DNA of 64,000 nt from an uncultured virus (IMG/VR IMGVR_UViG_3300020214_000011). Lineage: Duplodnaviria; Heunggongvirae; Uroviricota; Caudoviricetes. The translations under genes and the position numbers were made by a program. This document shows, one piece after another, positions 61,720 through 64,000 of the stretch (within the stretch, counting starts at the first letter, position 1; every line of letters begins with the position of its first letter). The notes beneath the pieces were generated by a model. That model saw only the letters and a program-made list of their open reading frames with translations, was not told the DNA's origin and did no database searches. The DNA is taken from IMG/VR virus record IMGVR_UViG_3300020214_000011. The stretch is one strand, 5' to 3'.

Positions 61720-61748
61720 ACACTACGGACCCACGGGTGGTATTGCAA
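61720..61748 (-). promoter_or_regulatory. SigA-type promoter for the small-gene operon
   Basis: TTGCAA-17 nt-TAGTGT, same pattern as the whiB promoter. Confidence 0.6.
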
Positions 61749-61993
61749 CCCCAATCGCAAGTTTTTTCAAATGGCTACGCAGAAATTGCCGTGACATGAG
61801 TCACATCATTTTTACCGAACGTTCGTCCGTTCATGTCGTCAGATATAGGTGAGACGTCGGGGGCGGCGCCTTTCCCGTCCTCGGCGTCTCGTGAAGCCTT
61901 TCACTTGCGTTCGTTGCGTTTGGAACCACGAAACGGTAGTGCCTGGGGAGCCGAAACGGGAGCGTCACCGAGAGACGGGCATCCCCACCGATA

Positions 61994-62437
61994 TCAGAAC
62001 AGGTCGTCCTCTTTCCCGGCTCCCAGCGCCCTCAGGAGCGCCCCGAGCCTCCTGATATCGCTGGTCTCGGCGACCTTGGCCGGGACGATCACGAGGAGGT
62101 TCCTGTTCTTGACTTTTGTCTTTGCCACGAGCCCGGCCGCCACGAGCTGGTCCACCGACTTCCTGATGGCCCCCTCGCTGACCCCGAGGAACACGGCCAG
62201 CGACCTCTGCGTCGCGTCGGGCGTCTCGGCCAGCGCCACCAGCAGGCGACCCGCCGCGCTGAGGAGGGTTATCTCGTCCGGGGACGAGTAGTAGATGAGC
62301 CTGTGCTTCTCCAGCTGCTTCATCACCGTCTCCGCCAGCTTGCGCGCCTCGGCGTCGTCCCCGACGCTACCCCTCAGCGCCTTGGCGAGGGCGTCGTCGA
62401 TCGCGTGCTTTCTGTATTCCCCGGTTGCCATCGACAT
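61994..62437 (-). CDS. Winged-helix (MarR/ArsR-like) DNA-binding protein
   Basis: RLLVALAETPDATQRSLAVFLGVSEGAIRKSVDQLVAAGLV. Confidence 0.75.
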   Translation of the reverse strand: MSMATGEYRKHAIDDALAKALRGSVGDDAEARKLAETVMKQLEKHRLIYYSSPDEITLLSAAGRLLVALAETPDATQRSLAVFLGVSEGAIRKSVDQLVAAGLVAKTKVKNRNLLVIVPAKVAETSDIRRLGALLRALGAGKEDDLF

Positions 62438-62491
62438 ATCCTATTGCGCGAACGCACCCCCGTGATGTAGGGTTGCTCGCAAGGAGGAGAT

Positions 62492-62845
62492 GTGGCCAAG
62501 GACACCAAGAAGACGACAAAGCAAAGCCGCGCGATCGACAGGAAAATCGACGTGCTCTCTGAGAGGCTGAGGAAGATAAGGAAGAACTCGAACGAGGATG
62601 CGCAGCACCTCGTATGCCCAATGGCGAAGCTCATCTACAAGCTCGAGGAGCAGGACCACGAGACGGGCCAGTGCCTCTACGACGCGCTGAACGACGAGCT
62701 CACCTCGACCAGCGACATAATACGCGAGATGAGGGCGTCGGGCCACCGCATATCCCGCCAGACGATTTACGACTACCGCAAGAGGGTGTGCGCCTGCGCC
62801 CACGACGACAAGTGCGGACTAGACGAGAAGTTCGGCGGCGAGTGA
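62492..62845 (+). CDS. Hypothetical protein with HTH-like and Cys motifs (117 aa)
   Basis: AAGGAGGAG RBS; ISRQTIYDYRKRVCAC. Confidence 0.65.
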   Translation: MAKDTKKTTKQSRAIDRKIDVLSERLRKIRKNSNEDAQHLVCPMAKLIYKLEEQDHETGQCLYDALNDELTSTSDIIREMRASGHRISRQTIYDYRKRVCACAHDDKCGLDEKFGGE

Positions 62846-62857
62846 ACGGGAGGAACA

Positions 62858-64000
62858 GTGAAAAGGGACAAACCGAACCAGAAGAGGCTGGCCGAGGGCA
62901 TGAGACGGATCAAGGAGGGCTCCGAGGACAGGGCCCGCTCCAAGAAGGTCCTCAACGCCATCGAGGAGATGATCAGGGCCAAGGGCATAGACCTCGCCGA
63001 CATCGGCTCGGTGAAGAAGGTGTCGATCTACCAGCAGGTCACCAAGGACGCCGAGGGCGAGTTCCAGGTGCACGACCTGCAGGCGATCCAGTTCTCCCCG
63101 GCGTGGGAGGAGGGGCCGAAGTGGGAGCTCCCCAAGCCAGGACCCTCCGTGCAAATACAAAAGTCCGAGGTCAAGGCGAGGTCGTCTAGGGGCAGGAAGA
63201 CGGCCGTCATCGTGCCCGATATACAGATCGGGTACTTCCGCGACGTCGACAGCCAGCTGATCCCCACCCACGACGAGAGAGCTATCGCCATAGCGATGGC
63301 GATGATCAGGGACATCCAGCCCGACCAGGTGGTGATGCTCGGCGACAACCTGGACCTGCCCGAGTTCGGCAAGTACAGGCTCAGCCCGGCGTTCGCCCTG
63401 ACCACGCAGGCGTCGATCGACAGGGCGACCACGCTGTGCGCCGAGATCAGGTCGGCCTCGCCCAAGTCCAAGGTCGTGTGGCTGGCCGGCAACCACGAGG
63501 AGAGGCTCACCAACTACATCCTTGACAACGCCAAGGCCGCCTTCGGCATCACCAAGGGCAACACCCCGCAGACCTGGCCCGACATGTCCATCCCGTCGCT
63601 GTGCAGGATGGACGAGTACGGCGTCGAGTTCGAGAGCGGCTACCCGGCCGGGCGCTACCTGATCAACAAGCAGCTGGCCTGCATCCACGGCAACAGGGTC
63701 CGCTCGAAAGGCTCCACGGCCCACATCTACCTCAACGAGCAGAAGCTCTCGGTGATATACGGGCACATCCACAGGATCGAGCTGGCCTACAGGACCCGCC
63801 ACGACTGGGACGGGGCCCGCACCATCATGGCGGCCAGCCCCGGCACGCTCGCCCGCATAGACGGCGCCGTGCCTTCCACCAAGGGCGGGGTGGACGCGTG
63901 GGGGCGCCCGAAGACCGTCGTCGAGGACTGGCAACAGGGCGTCGGGCTCGTCACCTACGAGGAAACCGGCAAGAACCTGTTCAGCTACGAGGTGGTGACG
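62858..64000 (+). CDS. Calcineurin-like metallophosphoesterase (truncated by the window end; absent from the ORF track)
   Basis: GGGAGG then GTG. Motifs VPDIQ, GDNLD, GNHE, IHG, GHIHR. Confidence 0.85.
   Translation, partial: MKRDKPNQKRLAEGMRRIKEGSEDRARSKKVLNAIEEMIRAKGIDLADIGSVKKVSIYQQVTKDAEGEFQVHDLQAIQFSPAWEEGPKWELPKPGPSVQIQKSEVKARSSRGRKTAVIVPDIQIGYFRDVDSQLIPTHDERAIAIAMAMIRDIQPDQVVMLGDNLDLPEFGKYRLSPAFALTTQASIDRATTLCAEIRSASPKSKVVWLAGNHEERLTNYILDNAKAAFGITKGNTPQTWPDMSIPSLCRMDEYGVEFESGYPAGRYLINKQLACIHGNRVRSKGSTAHIYLNEQKLSVIYGHIHRIELAYRTRHDWDGARTIMAASPGTLARIDGAVPSTKGGVDAWGRPKTVVEDWQQGVGLVTYEETGKNLFSYEVVT

Noticed and set aside
57138..63934. ORFs 57138-58406 (+) and 62819-63934 (-)
   Set aside because: Antisense to the SNF2 helicase and the metallophosphoesterase, respectively.

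Overview
The window is a ~64 kb, high-GC fragment of a large tailed phage, probably infecting Actinobacteria (WhiB, actinobacterial-type SSB, apparently leaderless genes). Positions 110-53600 form one + strand virion/head region containing an HK97-fold major capsid protein gene (49157-50479). About 47 kb directly upstream of the capsid gene is mostly taken up by six large ORFs (about 700 to 5243 aa). Positions 53600-64000 hold a mixed-strand accessory region: Nmad1/DUF1599, a C5 DNA methyltransferase with a nested alternative-frame ORF, SSB, tmRNA, a HARP-SNF2 helicase, WhiB, thioredoxin, tRNA-Arg(CCT), HTH regulators and a metallophosphoesterase. The main observation is that five of the large ORFs carry 24 copies of a short motif, consensus [DG]-x-[ES]-A-G-M-[AS]. 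The motif sits at boundaries between unrelated modules (ART-like, HTH array, DUF4314-like, KTSC, GNAT, HExxH zincin, Clp-N, Nudix, zeta-toxin kinase). Five of the head-region proteins also share a ~35-45 aa acidic motif (DADxD...EG...N.GRG..DPTPG), and five large ORFs are followed by a small acidic gene. I infer a virion-packaged effector polyprotein system: a shared loading tag, a proteolytic delimiter and possibly immunity genes. The motifs are seen directly in the sequence; their function is inference. All domain calls were made by eye, without database searches.
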